Origin: an uncultured Sphaerochaeta sp.
GTDB lineage: Bacteria; Spirochaetota; Spirochaetia; Sphaerochaetales; Sphaerochaetaceae
Length of the DNA stretch: 52,710 nt
Assembly (NCBI GenBank): GCA_964588005.1
Contig: CAZPOJ010000001.1
Span: forward strand, 1 to 52,710
Direction of reading: 5' to 3'
The position numbers and the translations under genes were made by a program. Of the stretch, positions 21,301 to 29,570 are shown in pieces (position 1 is the stretch's first letter; each line of letters begins with the position of its first letter). Below the pieces are notes generated by a model that did no database searches, was not told the origin of the DNA, and saw only the letters and a program-made list of their open reading frames with translations.

Positions 21301-21732
21301 ATCCATGAGTGGTCTACCATTACCGACGCAATGGTGGCTACCGACAAGTTGCTGCTCTCACGGTTCTTTGCCAAGGACTTGGAAGAGGTGGGCTTCAGCG
21401 GAGATGATGCCAGAAAAGCATGCCACAGTGCAGCTCTCTTGGCCGCCTCGGCAAATATGGTCAAAACTTTTACCACCGATACACCGCAGAAGGTCCTCGC
21501 TACCTTGTTAACAGACCAGGCAGTGAGAACCTACGCCAATTGTAATGAGCACCAAGGGATTACTTGGTATAAAAAGGAGGCAATCCAAGAGCTCATCTAT
21601 CTCTCAGCTCTCTCATTCCAAATACTGGGAGATATTCCGGACACCCTGGAATATGTGACGGTACTCACCGAGGCAGAGATAGTTGCAGGATACAAACTAG
21701 GCCTTCTCCTAGGAGATGTGCTCCAGCTTTGA
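18370..21732 (+). CDS. Large alpha-amylase family (GH13) protein
   Basis: GH13 regions SDMVPNH, IRFDAAM, LLAEAFW and FMNNPDEE, with long N- and C-terminal extensions. TTG start with GGAGG SD. Confidence 0.85.
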   Translation: MITRDLRISIRTRTEMDFFSPLFPSTTGLGTLYRQANELAHLYNLKIKERGGSEYVSAGKLHATAVLHLIYQTVLTRYLGDTEPDFFTRLTNLLNKNHAGGDVLAFYMKEFPSPLLLEQQLPLEFFHNESLRGYFMHQVMLDNPALIKAAKPFIAPEGLTFPKGAQALTALMGGYTQGSAMMANSDEDIFTFLTRPSKLYPDSLLDQIHYIMEAWGDMIPQELKELLLRTIDYVQEEEKPYFGGTGGTVTTHVPDYSAYDAEYEAFSADRNWMPNVVMMAKSTLVWLDQLSKQYGYPITTLDKIPNQELDTLHSRGFTALWLIGIWERSVASKRIKNLCGNPEAEASAYSLKNYEIAPSIGGWAALDNLRQRCADRSIRLASDMVPNHTGIDGDWVFNHSEYFIQQSFPPFPAYTYNGEDLSENPDIEIKLEDHYYNQTDAAVTFRRKDLRTGETSYIYHGNDGTAMPWNDTAQLDFLNPLTREAVFQQIKHVARNFSIIRFDAAMTLAKKHIQRLWYPKPGDGGDIAGRSQSGLDDETFNRLVPQEFWREVVDRLSVELPDTLLLAEAFWMMEGYFVRTLGMHRVYNSAFMNMLKNQENQKYRETIKGTLSFEPEILKRFVNFMNNPDEETAVAQFGEGDKYFGVCTLLATMPGLPMFGHGQLEGYKEKYGMEYSRAYWDESPNQWLIDEHYRRIFPLLKKRYLFSDADHFHLFDLVDGNHVHESAFCYINGTDHEKALVLYNNQYESVQGWIKTSAPKLEKQSSDKRTETLSLAEAMGLTVGGRRYVLYEAFPTKLTFMVPSLKVFDEGGYFHLGGYEARVMLNIREVEDVDGTYEMLYNTLGDRGVENIEQEILALRLRPVFKAMENLQSSSFKKLILSIIGGEATAKIERKLILALAEAYTHLGVAVEQLHPVARKALPSLPREINPAEMLKEVQRLTALFSKESTEPYFAQGAVIMDELPTIIAASLFLKPFIHEWSTITDAMVATDKLLLSRFFAKDLEEVGFSGDDARKACHSAALLAASANMVKTFTTDTPQKVLATLLTDQAVRTYANCNEHQGITWYKKEAIQELIYLSALSFQILGDIPDTLEYVTVLTEAEIVAGYKLGLLLGDVLQL

Positions 21733-21769
21733 TTGACTTGACGCTACTGATAAGATACTCTTGGAAACT

Positions 21770-23017
21770 ATGAAGACGTGGATAACCTATCTCACAGCTA
21801 CAGCCTTCGGGCTGGCTGCAACACTCCTATTTGGAGATTCTGGTCTCTACCAGCAGATCATGTACACCGCTACGGCCTTGTTTGTCCAACTAGGTGGGTT
21901 TATATTGATTCCTATAGTATTCTTTGGTTTCTCTTCTGGGGTCGCTTCCCTGAGAAAAGACTCTCTGGGAAGGACCTTCAGCTGGACAACCATCCTCTGG
22001 AGTATCTTATCAACGCTGTTGTTGGTCCTTGGGGCGGCAGTTGTTTTCCGCCTCTTTCCTACCAACTTTCCAGCTAGTAGCAGTGCAGGGTCTGAGGCTT
22101 CGGTCGTAGGTGCGGTCGCTTCTCAGTCCCTGTCCACACTCTTCAGCTCGATGCTTCCGGTAAATCCTTTTTATTCGCTTGCATTAGCTGAGAGCTTCTT
22201 GCTTCCCGTTATTGCCATTGCAGCCATCTTCGGCTACTTCCTGAAACCAGACTCGGAGGTCATCCGTCCAGCCTATGTGACGATGAACTCCTTAAGCGAG
22301 ACAATGTTCCGCATGGTAAATACCTATAGTCGATATGGACATTTCCTCATCTTCTTCACCGCTTCCTACTGGTTTTCACGCCTGCAGGAAGAGGGTACGG
22401 TCTTTGTAGCCGGACGCTTCTTGTTGATGCTCATCATCGCAACGCTTCTGGTTGTCCTTGCCTTCCTTCCCCTGCTGTTCGGCTTGCTTACCCGATTCAA
22501 GCTAAACCCCTACAAGATACTCTACCGCATGCTGGCTCCTGCCATTGCGGCCCTGTTCAGCGGAAGCATCTTCTTCAGCAGTCCTATGACCATCTCCCAC
22601 ACAAGGCATAATTTGGGTTCCCAAAAGCGTATCAGTGCAACGGCAGTCCCCCTCTATACCCTAATAGGCAGGGGAGGATCGGCAATGATAGCGACCCTGA
22701 GCATCACAAGCCTGCTTTATGCAGCACTTGGATCCATGCCCTCAAACAAGGTCATTCTCTTTGTTGCCCTAGCCAGTGCCCTATGCTCCTATGCCAGTGC
22801 GCTCTATCTGGGTTTTGAAGTATTCTTCATCACTGTGATAGCCCTTAAGTTCCTGAAGATAGACCTCTATGGTGCAGAGATGACCCTCATTGCCCTTATG
22901 CCCTTCCTCAATGGACTTGGAACCATGGTGGACTCCTACATCGCAGCCTTTGGTACGGCATACACCTGCCAGATCATGGGTGTGAAGTACGACACCTCCT
23001 ACAGGGATATGCTCTAA
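21770..23017 (+). CDS. Dicarboxylate/amino acid:cation symporter (DAACS) family, divergent
   Basis: Polytopic protein with LIPIVFFGFSSGVASL, PVNPF, AALFSGS and VPLYTLIGRGGSA resembling DAACS segments. ATG 21770 follows TTGACT-17-TACTCT. Confidence 0.7.
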   Translation: MKTWITYLTATAFGLAATLLFGDSGLYQQIMYTATALFVQLGGFILIPIVFFGFSSGVASLRKDSLGRTFSWTTILWSILSTLLLVLGAAVVFRLFPTNFPASSSAGSEASVVGAVASQSLSTLFSSMLPVNPFYSLALAESFLLPVIAIAAIFGYFLKPDSEVIRPAYVTMNSLSETMFRMVNTYSRYGHFLIFFTASYWFSRLQEEGTVFVAGRFLLMLIIATLLVVLAFLPLLFGLLTRFKLNPYKILYRMLAPAIAALFSGSIFFSSPMTISHTRHNLGSQKRISATAVPLYTLIGRGGSAMIATLSITSLLYAALGSMPSNKVILFVALASALCSYASALYLGFEVFFITVIALKFLKIDLYGAEMTLIALMPFLNGLGTMVDSYIAAFGTAYTCQIMGVKYDTSYRDML

Positions 23018-23022
23018 CAGGT

Positions 23023-23790
23023 ATGAACAAGAAGTTACGCTTTGTCTTTCTAGGTATCCAAGGGTTGATCACCTTCTTATTCAGCGCCCTGCTTGTGCAC
23101 TCATTTTTGATTGCCCAGGGGGAAGGACAGTTGTTTGGAGCCCTGGTGCACCTAGGGCCCTCACTCTTGCATCTCTGGGTCACCTTGATAGCGGCGACCT
23201 TGCTCTGTGTCTTCTATCGGGCAAATATAGGGGCGGAGGCCCACTTCCTACCCCTTCTCTTTCTTACCATAGCCTTAGGAAATGTGAAGGTTATCCCCCT
23301 ATACTACCAGTACTCCCATCTTATGATCCTAAGCCCCTACTGGGTCGGGATCCTTTACCACTTCGCCTTCCTCTTCTCCTCATTCCTTTTTTTAGCATCC
23401 GGACTCTTCCAGCAGACAATGAACCCGCTTCGTCTGGGCCAATACTCATTCATCGGGGGGAGTTTTTCCTTCCTCCTGGCGATGCTAGTCCCCATGACAA
23501 CCAACAACGCTTCCTTTCTCAAGGAAGCGAGCATAACAAACACCCTCTTTCTGGGTGTTACTATCCTGATAAGCGCCTTGGCCTTGCTGACCTTTATCAT
23601 CTCCGTCTATGACGAGAGAGGAGGGCGGCAGACTATTGCCCGAGCCCTCTCCTTTGCCCTGATGATTGTAGGAAATACCACGGTCATCCTCAGCTCTGAT
23701 CTCCTGTACAACAGCATTGGCCTAGCCCTCTATATCGCAGGGACTACCATGCTTATCCTCATCACCAGAACCTACCATATCTGGTCCTAG
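23023..23790 (+). CDS. Hypothetical integral membrane protein
   Basis: 255 aa, about 8 hydrophobic segments, 5 nt after the symporter stop. Confidence 0.75.
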   Translation: MNKKLRFVFLGIQGLITFLFSALLVHSFLIAQGEGQLFGALVHLGPSLLHLWVTLIAATLLCVFYRANIGAEAHFLPLLFLTIALGNVKVIPLYYQYSHLMILSPYWVGILYHFAFLFSSFLFLASGLFQQTMNPLRLGQYSFIGGSFSFLLAMLVPMTTNNASFLKEASITNTLFLGVTILISALALLTFIISVYDERGGRQTIARALSFALMIVGNTTVILSSDLLYNSIGLALYIAGTTMLILITRTYHIWS

Positions 23791-24644
23791 TGAAAGAGCG
23801 GCACCATCCGCTGCTCCCGAACCAGAGCCTTCATCTCCTCATCAGTGGGAGAAAGAAGCCCTTCACCAGCTTTTTCCAACAAGATAGGCAACAAGCTAAT
23901 GTCCCCTGTGCTGTTGAGAAACACCTCGGGATTCTGTAAGACCCAACCGACAGACTTGGCTATGGCAGTGGGATCGGTGAGGGGATCATACCAGGTGGCA
24001 AAGGGGTGCACGCCTTCAGGGCGCTCACCTCTGGCAAGGGCCTTGATAGTCTGAGGGGCTACTCCGCGCTGTTTACACAACGCCATGAGTTCATTCACCG
24101 CAGAACTGTACTGGAGATTCTGCATCATCGTATAGTTGTAGGGAAAGAGCACCGAATCAAAATCATACTTCATAAGGCTGCGGTAGTGGGCCCTAGGGGC
24201 TGCCAATCCATGGCCGGTAACACCGATGTGCTTGATCAAGCCCTTCTCTTTAGCCTCTATGGCAGCCTCAAGGACCCCACCCTCTCCCATCGCAATTTCC
24301 CACTCATCTTCATCCACAAGAAAATGAAACTGCCAAAGGTCTATGTGGTCGGTCTGCAACCTCTCAAGCGACTGATGCAGCTCTTCGAGGGCTTCTTTCT
24401 TCGTTCGCTTATCGGTCTTGCTAGCCAGGAAGAATGCATCCCTGTCCCTTTTCATCCAAGGGCCCATCCTCAATTCTGCATCCCCGTAGCTATGAGCGGT
24501 ATCAAGGTGGTTAATCGCATACTTCTTCAATAGCTCGTAGGTTTCATCAGCCTCTCTTTGTGTAACGGACCCTAGAGCGGCTGCTCCAAAGATCACTCGA
24601 CTGCTCATATGTCCTGTTCGTCCAAACAGCTTCTTTTCAATCAT
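23787..24644 (-). CDS. Aldo/keto reductase
   Basis: FGRTG, DTAHSYGDAE, SLERLQTDHIDLWQFH and KGLIKHIGVTGH. Start MIEKK at 24644 with GGGAGG SD. Confidence 0.9.
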   Translation of the reverse strand: MIEKKLFGRTGHMSSRVIFGAAALGSVTQREADETYELLKKYAINHLDTAHSYGDAELRMGPWMKRDRDAFFLASKTDKRTKKEALEELHQSLERLQTDHIDLWQFHFLVDEDEWEIAMGEGGVLEAAIEAKEKGLIKHIGVTGHGLAAPRAHYRSLMKYDFDSVLFPYNYTMMQNLQYSSAVNELMALCKQRGVAPQTIKALARGERPEGVHPFATWYDPLTDPTAIAKSVGWVLQNPEVFLNSTGDISLLPILLEKAGEGLLSPTDEEMKALVREQRMVPLFH

Positions 24645-24724
24645 GGCATCTACCTCCCTTTCAGTATAGCACAGGAACATACTGGGCATAAGCGACGAAC
24701 CCCTTCACCTCAGGTGTCTTTGCA

Positions 24725-26572
24725 TCAGAAGGTGTTGAGGTATCCATGCCCGGCCAGCAATTTCTTAAAGAGAGCCTGACTCTTTTTCCTTATGACTATC
24801 CGGTTTCCCTCAGCCCGGATTATGATCTTCCTAAAGGCAGGATCGAGGGCAAACATCTTCCTGATGGCAGCATCATCGGGGAAGGTATACAGCAAGACTT
24901 CCTCGCCCTCGGCAAACAAGGTTGCCCTCTCCTCAACCATGGAGAAGAAAGAGAGCCAACGCTCGGAGGGATTCGGCTCTATCAACTTCTTGAACCTCTC
25001 TATCCTGGAGCGTATCTCAGAAGGATTGGCACACCCTCGTATGAACGAGACTTCACTTATCTTGTACCGTTCACTGCCCATTGCATCACCTATCTGCTCC
25101 AGGAAGAGTCTTCGCTCCAATGACAAGCCCTTGAAGGTAACCAGCAACAGGTTAGAATCGGCAATGGTCTCGAACTCCTGCTTCTTGGCTGCCGGCCGCT
25201 CATCGGTAAAGCCCAGACACCAGGCACCGAAGGGGGTAATCCTCATGGAACTGATCCCCTCGTAGGGGGTCAGTGGATACATCTTTCCATTCTTACTCAA
25301 AACCAAGGGGGCTGGATGTTCCCCTATTTCCACCAACCCAAGAACAGCGAACAGATAACAATAGGCCTTGAACAGAGGTTTTACAAACAACATCTGCTGC
25401 AAGACCCCTCTAGCACGAAACCCCTTCTCATAAGGGCGAGGAAGATAGGTGGCATGCTCTGTTTCGATCGTATCTCCGCGCATGTAAAGGACCTTGTCCA
25501 GGATTTCCATGTTCCAGAAAATAAAATCATTGCCATGCAATACATACGATTGAAACAGATTTTCAATAGAATACCACTCACCTGCACCATATATCTGGCA
25601 AAGCAGGTCCTTAAGTTCCTGTCTCCCCTTATTCATGAGTTCGACCGAGTGGGCATACCCTGTCCTGGAAAACTGATGTAAAAGACAGAAATACTCCAGG
25701 TCAGTGCCACTGACCTCCTTTGATGCCTGCTTGGGGTCAAAGAAAAACCGCTGGACCAAATTCTTTACAAAAGCCTCCCCATCCTCAGGGCGTTTAAGCG
25801 GTTTTGTTTCTAAGTGAACCAACACCTGTACAAAGAGTTCGATAGGATCAAGTCCATAGGAACTGGCGAAGGGAAAAGGCTCCAGTGCGCAGGACTCACG
25901 AATGCTCTTGATCTGTCCTTTGAGCAAGCCCTTGCGGAGAACATCGTCACGTGACCTGGTTTTCAAGACCTTGGCTGCGGCCTCCACCAAAAGGGGTATC
26001 ACCTCGGAAATCTGCTGGTTGTCAGACCATAGGGTGCCTTCCCTTTCTGCAAGGGGTTGGAGCGTATAGCCGGCGGGCTTGGGAAGCCACAAGGAGAAAC
26101 ACTCTCTAAAAAGAGGATACAACTCAAGTTCAAACTCACTGTGGGCATGAAAGAGTCCCATCCGTAGCGCCGGATTAGGCTGAGAGGTCTCCCAATACGA
26201 GTACAGCATCTTGGCCTTGATGATCAAAGGTTCCTCGACTGTGGTCGAGAGCGAGCGGATATCCAAAACTGGCTCAAAAGCCCCCCTCTGCAGGAGCTCC
26301 TGCAGATAGGGAGGAAGTGATGCAAAATAGAGGTCAAACTCTTGTTGCTCTAGAAAATCAAGCAGACCTGCCACCTGGTCGCGCAATTCAGGCTTCCGGT
26401 TGCAAGGAGGCGCAGTTCCTGCAAGGGAGCGGTAGATGGAGGACAACTGCTCGATGTTCGCCCCCGACAGGTGAGAGGAGAGGGCTTTTCCCTTTGGGGA
26501 CAACTCCTTCGTCTTTTTTTTAGGTGAGGATGCCGTGGTTTTGCTCTCTAGATTTTTTTTCGTTTTAGCCAT
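24725..26572 (-). CDS. Hypothetical protein with a C-terminal helicase-associated (XPB-N/Helicase_C_3-like) domain
   Basis: 615 aa, starts 2 nt after the SNF2 stop. The C-terminal segment (LFLEQIG...YKISEVSFIRG...EIRSRIERFK...P.ERW) resembles PF13625-type domains by eye. Confidence 0.6.
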   Translation of the reverse strand: MAKTKKNLESKTTASSPKKKTKELSPKGKALSSHLSGANIEQLSSIYRSLAGTAPPCNRKPELRDQVAGLLDFLEQQEFDLYFASLPPYLQELLQRGAFEPVLDIRSLSTTVEEPLIIKAKMLYSYWETSQPNPALRMGLFHAHSEFELELYPLFRECFSLWLPKPAGYTLQPLAEREGTLWSDNQQISEVIPLLVEAAAKVLKTRSRDDVLRKGLLKGQIKSIRESCALEPFPFASSYGLDPIELFVQVLVHLETKPLKRPEDGEAFVKNLVQRFFFDPKQASKEVSGTDLEYFCLLHQFSRTGYAHSVELMNKGRQELKDLLCQIYGAGEWYSIENLFQSYVLHGNDFIFWNMEILDKVLYMRGDTIETEHATYLPRPYEKGFRARGVLQQMLFVKPLFKAYCYLFAVLGLVEIGEHPAPLVLSKNGKMYPLTPYEGISSMRITPFGAWCLGFTDERPAAKKQEFETIADSNLLLVTFKGLSLERRLFLEQIGDAMGSERYKISEVSFIRGCANPSEIRSRIERFKKLIEPNPSERWLSFFSMVEERATLFAEGEEVLLYTFPDDAAIRKMFALDPAFRKIIIRAEGNRIVIRKKSQALFKKLLAGHGYLNTF

Positions 26573-26574
26573 GG

Positions 26575-29415
26575 TTACCCCAACAACATTTCGATGTCTT
26601 TCTCAGACAAAGACTTTACTGCATTTGAATCGGAGGTGAGCAAGGAGGCGACAAGGTCTGCTTTCCTCTGCTGAAGCTCCAATATCTTCTCCTCTATCGT
26701 ATCCTTGGCTATCATCCGATAGCAGAATACAGGATTCTCCTGCCCAATTCTGTGGGTTCTATCAATGGCCTGATTCTCTGCAGCCCGGTTCCACCAGGGA
26801 TCCACAATGAAGACATAGTCTGCTGCCGTCAGGTTAAGACCCACCCCACCGGTTTTCAGCGTCATGATAAAGGCCCCGATGGAAGGATCGTTTTGGAACC
26901 TCTGCACCAGGCTCTGCCTGTCCCTAGTCGCCCCTGTCATCGAAAGGTACCCGATCCCCATCTCCTCCAGGTCCTCCCCTATGAGCTCTATGGTAGCAAG
27001 AAAGTTGGTGAAGATGAGGCACTTGTGCCCATCGGAGGTGATGGAAGCGACCACCTCCTTAAGATATTTCCGTTTTGCAGAAACCTCGTAGAACTCACCA
27101 TCAGCCTCGGGGACGGAAGCCAGCCGCCTCAACTCTGTAAGGGCTTGCAATATCATGAAGGTATTCTTTGCCACCCCACCAAGGCCGACAGCCATCGTCA
27201 CCTTTGCCTTGAGCTCTTCACGTCTCCTGTTGTAGATAGCGAGATGCTTCTCGTCCAATTCGACATAGGAGACCTGTTCGGTCTTGGGAGGGAGGTCTTT
27301 GAGGACGTTCTTCTTCACTCTCCTGAGCATAAAGGGATAGACACGGGTCTTTAGGTCCTTTAGTACATCCTTGTCATGGTGGTCCTGGATAGGGCGTATA
27401 TAGTCGCGGAGGAATTCGCCCTGGCTTCCAAAAAAGGAGGGGTTGAGGAATCGAAAGAGGCTGTACAGGTCCCCCAGATTGTTCTCCACCGGAGTACCGC
27501 TCAGCGCCAGGCGGTACCTAGCTTTCAGGGCAAGAACAGCATTGGTAGTCTGGGTCTCCAAGTTCTTGATGTTCTGCGACTCATCAAGGATCACATAGGC
27601 GAAGGACTTTTTTGAGAAGGCCTTGATATCATTGCGGATGGTAGCGTAGCTGCTGATCACGATGTTGGCAGTGCTCTTTTCAATCAGGGAGGAGTCCCTT
27701 GCTGCCCCATAGTGAAGCAGGCACTGCAACTCGGGAGCAAACCGTTGCAGTTCGTTTTTCCAGTTGTAGATCAAGGTGCGGGGAACCAGAATAAGAGTAG
27801 GCTCCTTGCACCCGGCGGCATAGGTGCTGCGCAACAGGGCGATGACCTCCACGGTCTTTCCCAAACCCATCTCATCAGCAAGGCATGCACCCATCTGGTG
27901 GTCGCGCAGATACTCCATCCACTGCACCCCATATACCTGGTAGGGACGCAACTCTCCACCCTCGATAGCATAGGAGCCCTGGCTCTCACCTATAGTGTTG
28001 AACCCTTTGTAAAAGGTCTCTGCCCTCAGCCCCCCATCTCCTGCAAACGAAAGAGAAGCATCCCTTTGGAGGGAGGGAATATCAAAGAACGAGACCCGCA
28101 CTGTTTCATCCTGCTTTGAGGCATGATGGACCAATCTTTCGAATCGGTTGATGCTTCGCAGATCAGGATACGCTTTGGAGCCGTCGTTGAGGAGGATATA
28201 TCCACTTTTCCGATACTCTGAGAGAAAGCGATTAAAGGAGAACGTCTGACCCTCGACATCGATATCGGCCTTGCCTTCAAAATAGTCTATGCCGTCTCCC
28301 AGGGAGAGTCTCATCTTGGGTTTAACAAACTTGACCTTATACTTACCCAGGACCGAAGACTGAAAGAGGACAAATCTCGCAAGCAGGTCCTGCATATGCA
28401 GGGCGAGGAACCGTTGGGCAAAGTCGGGTTCTAGGATGAAGTAGCGTTCTTCTTCGAACACTGCATGCTTGACCTCTTTTCCCATCAGGGAAAGCAGATC
28501 CCTGAACTCATTGTCAGGTGCCCTCGGGTAGACAACCTCTCCAACTGCCAAGGTCTTTTCATCCTGGTCAATTTCAACAATCTTGGTAATATCCTGGTCC
28601 TCAAAGAACCCAGGAGGGTATGCGTCAAGGTGGATCAACGGCAGGATGTGCAGAAAACCATACGCATCTATCTCCTTGAAAAGAAGGCTTGAAGAGGCTG
28701 TTCTCGGAGCAACAGTATGGACGGAATATCCTTCGAAAGAGAGGGAGATGGTAGGGAATTTGGAGAGAGCAAGGGCCAGATACGTATGCAGCTCATCCAA
28801 GGGGACCGTTGTAGTGAGTAAAAACCAATGAGTCCAGTAGGATCCAAGGTCAGAGACATGGAAGACACGCTGCCCTTCGACCACAAGCTCACTCGATATG
28901 GGATAGGTTTTTTCCCTATCCAGACGCTCCCTATCGGCAAGAATTTGGTCAAAGGAGAGGATGAGCGGAGCCACCGCGACTGTGCGATCAGAGGTCTTTT
29001 CAATCGAGAGGGTAATTTTCGACTCTTGGTTCTGGGGATGCAAGGGGGTGCCTTCCTCATCAAGAAGCAGGTGGGAACGCAAGGCAAGTTCCATGAGCCT
29101 GCCCGAAGGGTCATGGACAGTCGAACCATCCCGCCCCTGATCGCCAAGATCCCAACGAAGATACTTCTGTTCCTTTTGAACTTGATGGTTGAACTCCCTT
29201 AAGGCATCACGTACAGAGGAGGTGTATTGGCGATAGTCAGGCTGACAAGGATTTCCCTTGGAGTCGCAAAGTGTCAGTGCCCACCCATCCTCACTCTTGC
29301 AAAGCTTGAAGTTGAATTGCAAGGGCGCATCAGTTGCACCTAAAGGTGAACTCCTAGTAGGGGTAGTGCGTTTTTTTCGGGTCGGTTTTTTTGTCTCTAT
29401 AGGATTAGCTTTCAT
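26575..29415 (-). CDS. SNF2-family (DEAD/DEAH-like) helicase/ATPase
   Basis: LRPYQ, LADEMGLGKT, ILDESQNIKN, ALSGTPVEN, LRRVKKNVL, GGVGLNLTAAD and QAIDRTHRIGQ. Start MKANP at 29415 inferred from a -10 box 6 nt upstream. Confidence 0.93.
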   Translation of the reverse strand: MKANPIETKKPTRKKRTTPTRSSPLGATDAPLQFNFKLCKSEDGWALTLCDSKGNPCQPDYRQYTSSVRDALREFNHQVQKEQKYLRWDLGDQGRDGSTVHDPSGRLMELALRSHLLLDEEGTPLHPQNQESKITLSIEKTSDRTVAVAPLILSFDQILADRERLDREKTYPISSELVVEGQRVFHVSDLGSYWTHWFLLTTTVPLDELHTYLALALSKFPTISLSFEGYSVHTVAPRTASSSLLFKEIDAYGFLHILPLIHLDAYPPGFFEDQDITKIVEIDQDEKTLAVGEVVYPRAPDNEFRDLLSLMGKEVKHAVFEEERYFILEPDFAQRFLALHMQDLLARFVLFQSSVLGKYKVKFVKPKMRLSLGDGIDYFEGKADIDVEGQTFSFNRFLSEYRKSGYILLNDGSKAYPDLRSINRFERLVHHASKQDETVRVSFFDIPSLQRDASLSFAGDGGLRAETFYKGFNTIGESQGSYAIEGGELRPYQVYGVQWMEYLRDHQMGACLADEMGLGKTVEVIALLRSTYAAGCKEPTLILVPRTLIYNWKNELQRFAPELQCLLHYGAARDSSLIEKSTANIVISSYATIRNDIKAFSKKSFAYVILDESQNIKNLETQTTNAVLALKARYRLALSGTPVENNLGDLYSLFRFLNPSFFGSQGEFLRDYIRPIQDHHDKDVLKDLKTRVYPFMLRRVKKNVLKDLPPKTEQVSYVELDEKHLAIYNRRREELKAKVTMAVGLGGVAKNTFMILQALTELRRLASVPEADGEFYEVSAKRKYLKEVVASITSDGHKCLIFTNFLATIELIGEDLEEMGIGYLSMTGATRDRQSLVQRFQNDPSIGAFIMTLKTGGVGLNLTAADYVFIVDPWWNRAAENQAIDRTHRIGQENPVFCYRMIAKDTIEEKILELQQRKADLVASLLTSDSNAVKSLSEKDIEMLLG

Positions 29416-29514
29416 ATCGTCAGAGTATTGCATATTGCATAGGCTCTCACAAGATTTACAAGGCCGCAACATCCATGTATGGGTGGCCTGAGAATAAAGA
29501 AAAACAGAAAAAAG

Positions 29515-29565
29515 GGCAAACAAAAGACAGGTCCTATGCAGGGATCGCCCCTGCGTAGGACCTGT
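29515..29565 (-). terminator. Intrinsic terminator after gpmI
   Basis: 17-bp stem ACAGGTCCTATGCAGGG / CCCTGCGTAGGACCTGT (29527-29565), followed on the minus strand by CTTTTGTTT. Confidence 0.75.
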
Positions 29566-29570
29566 TATAC

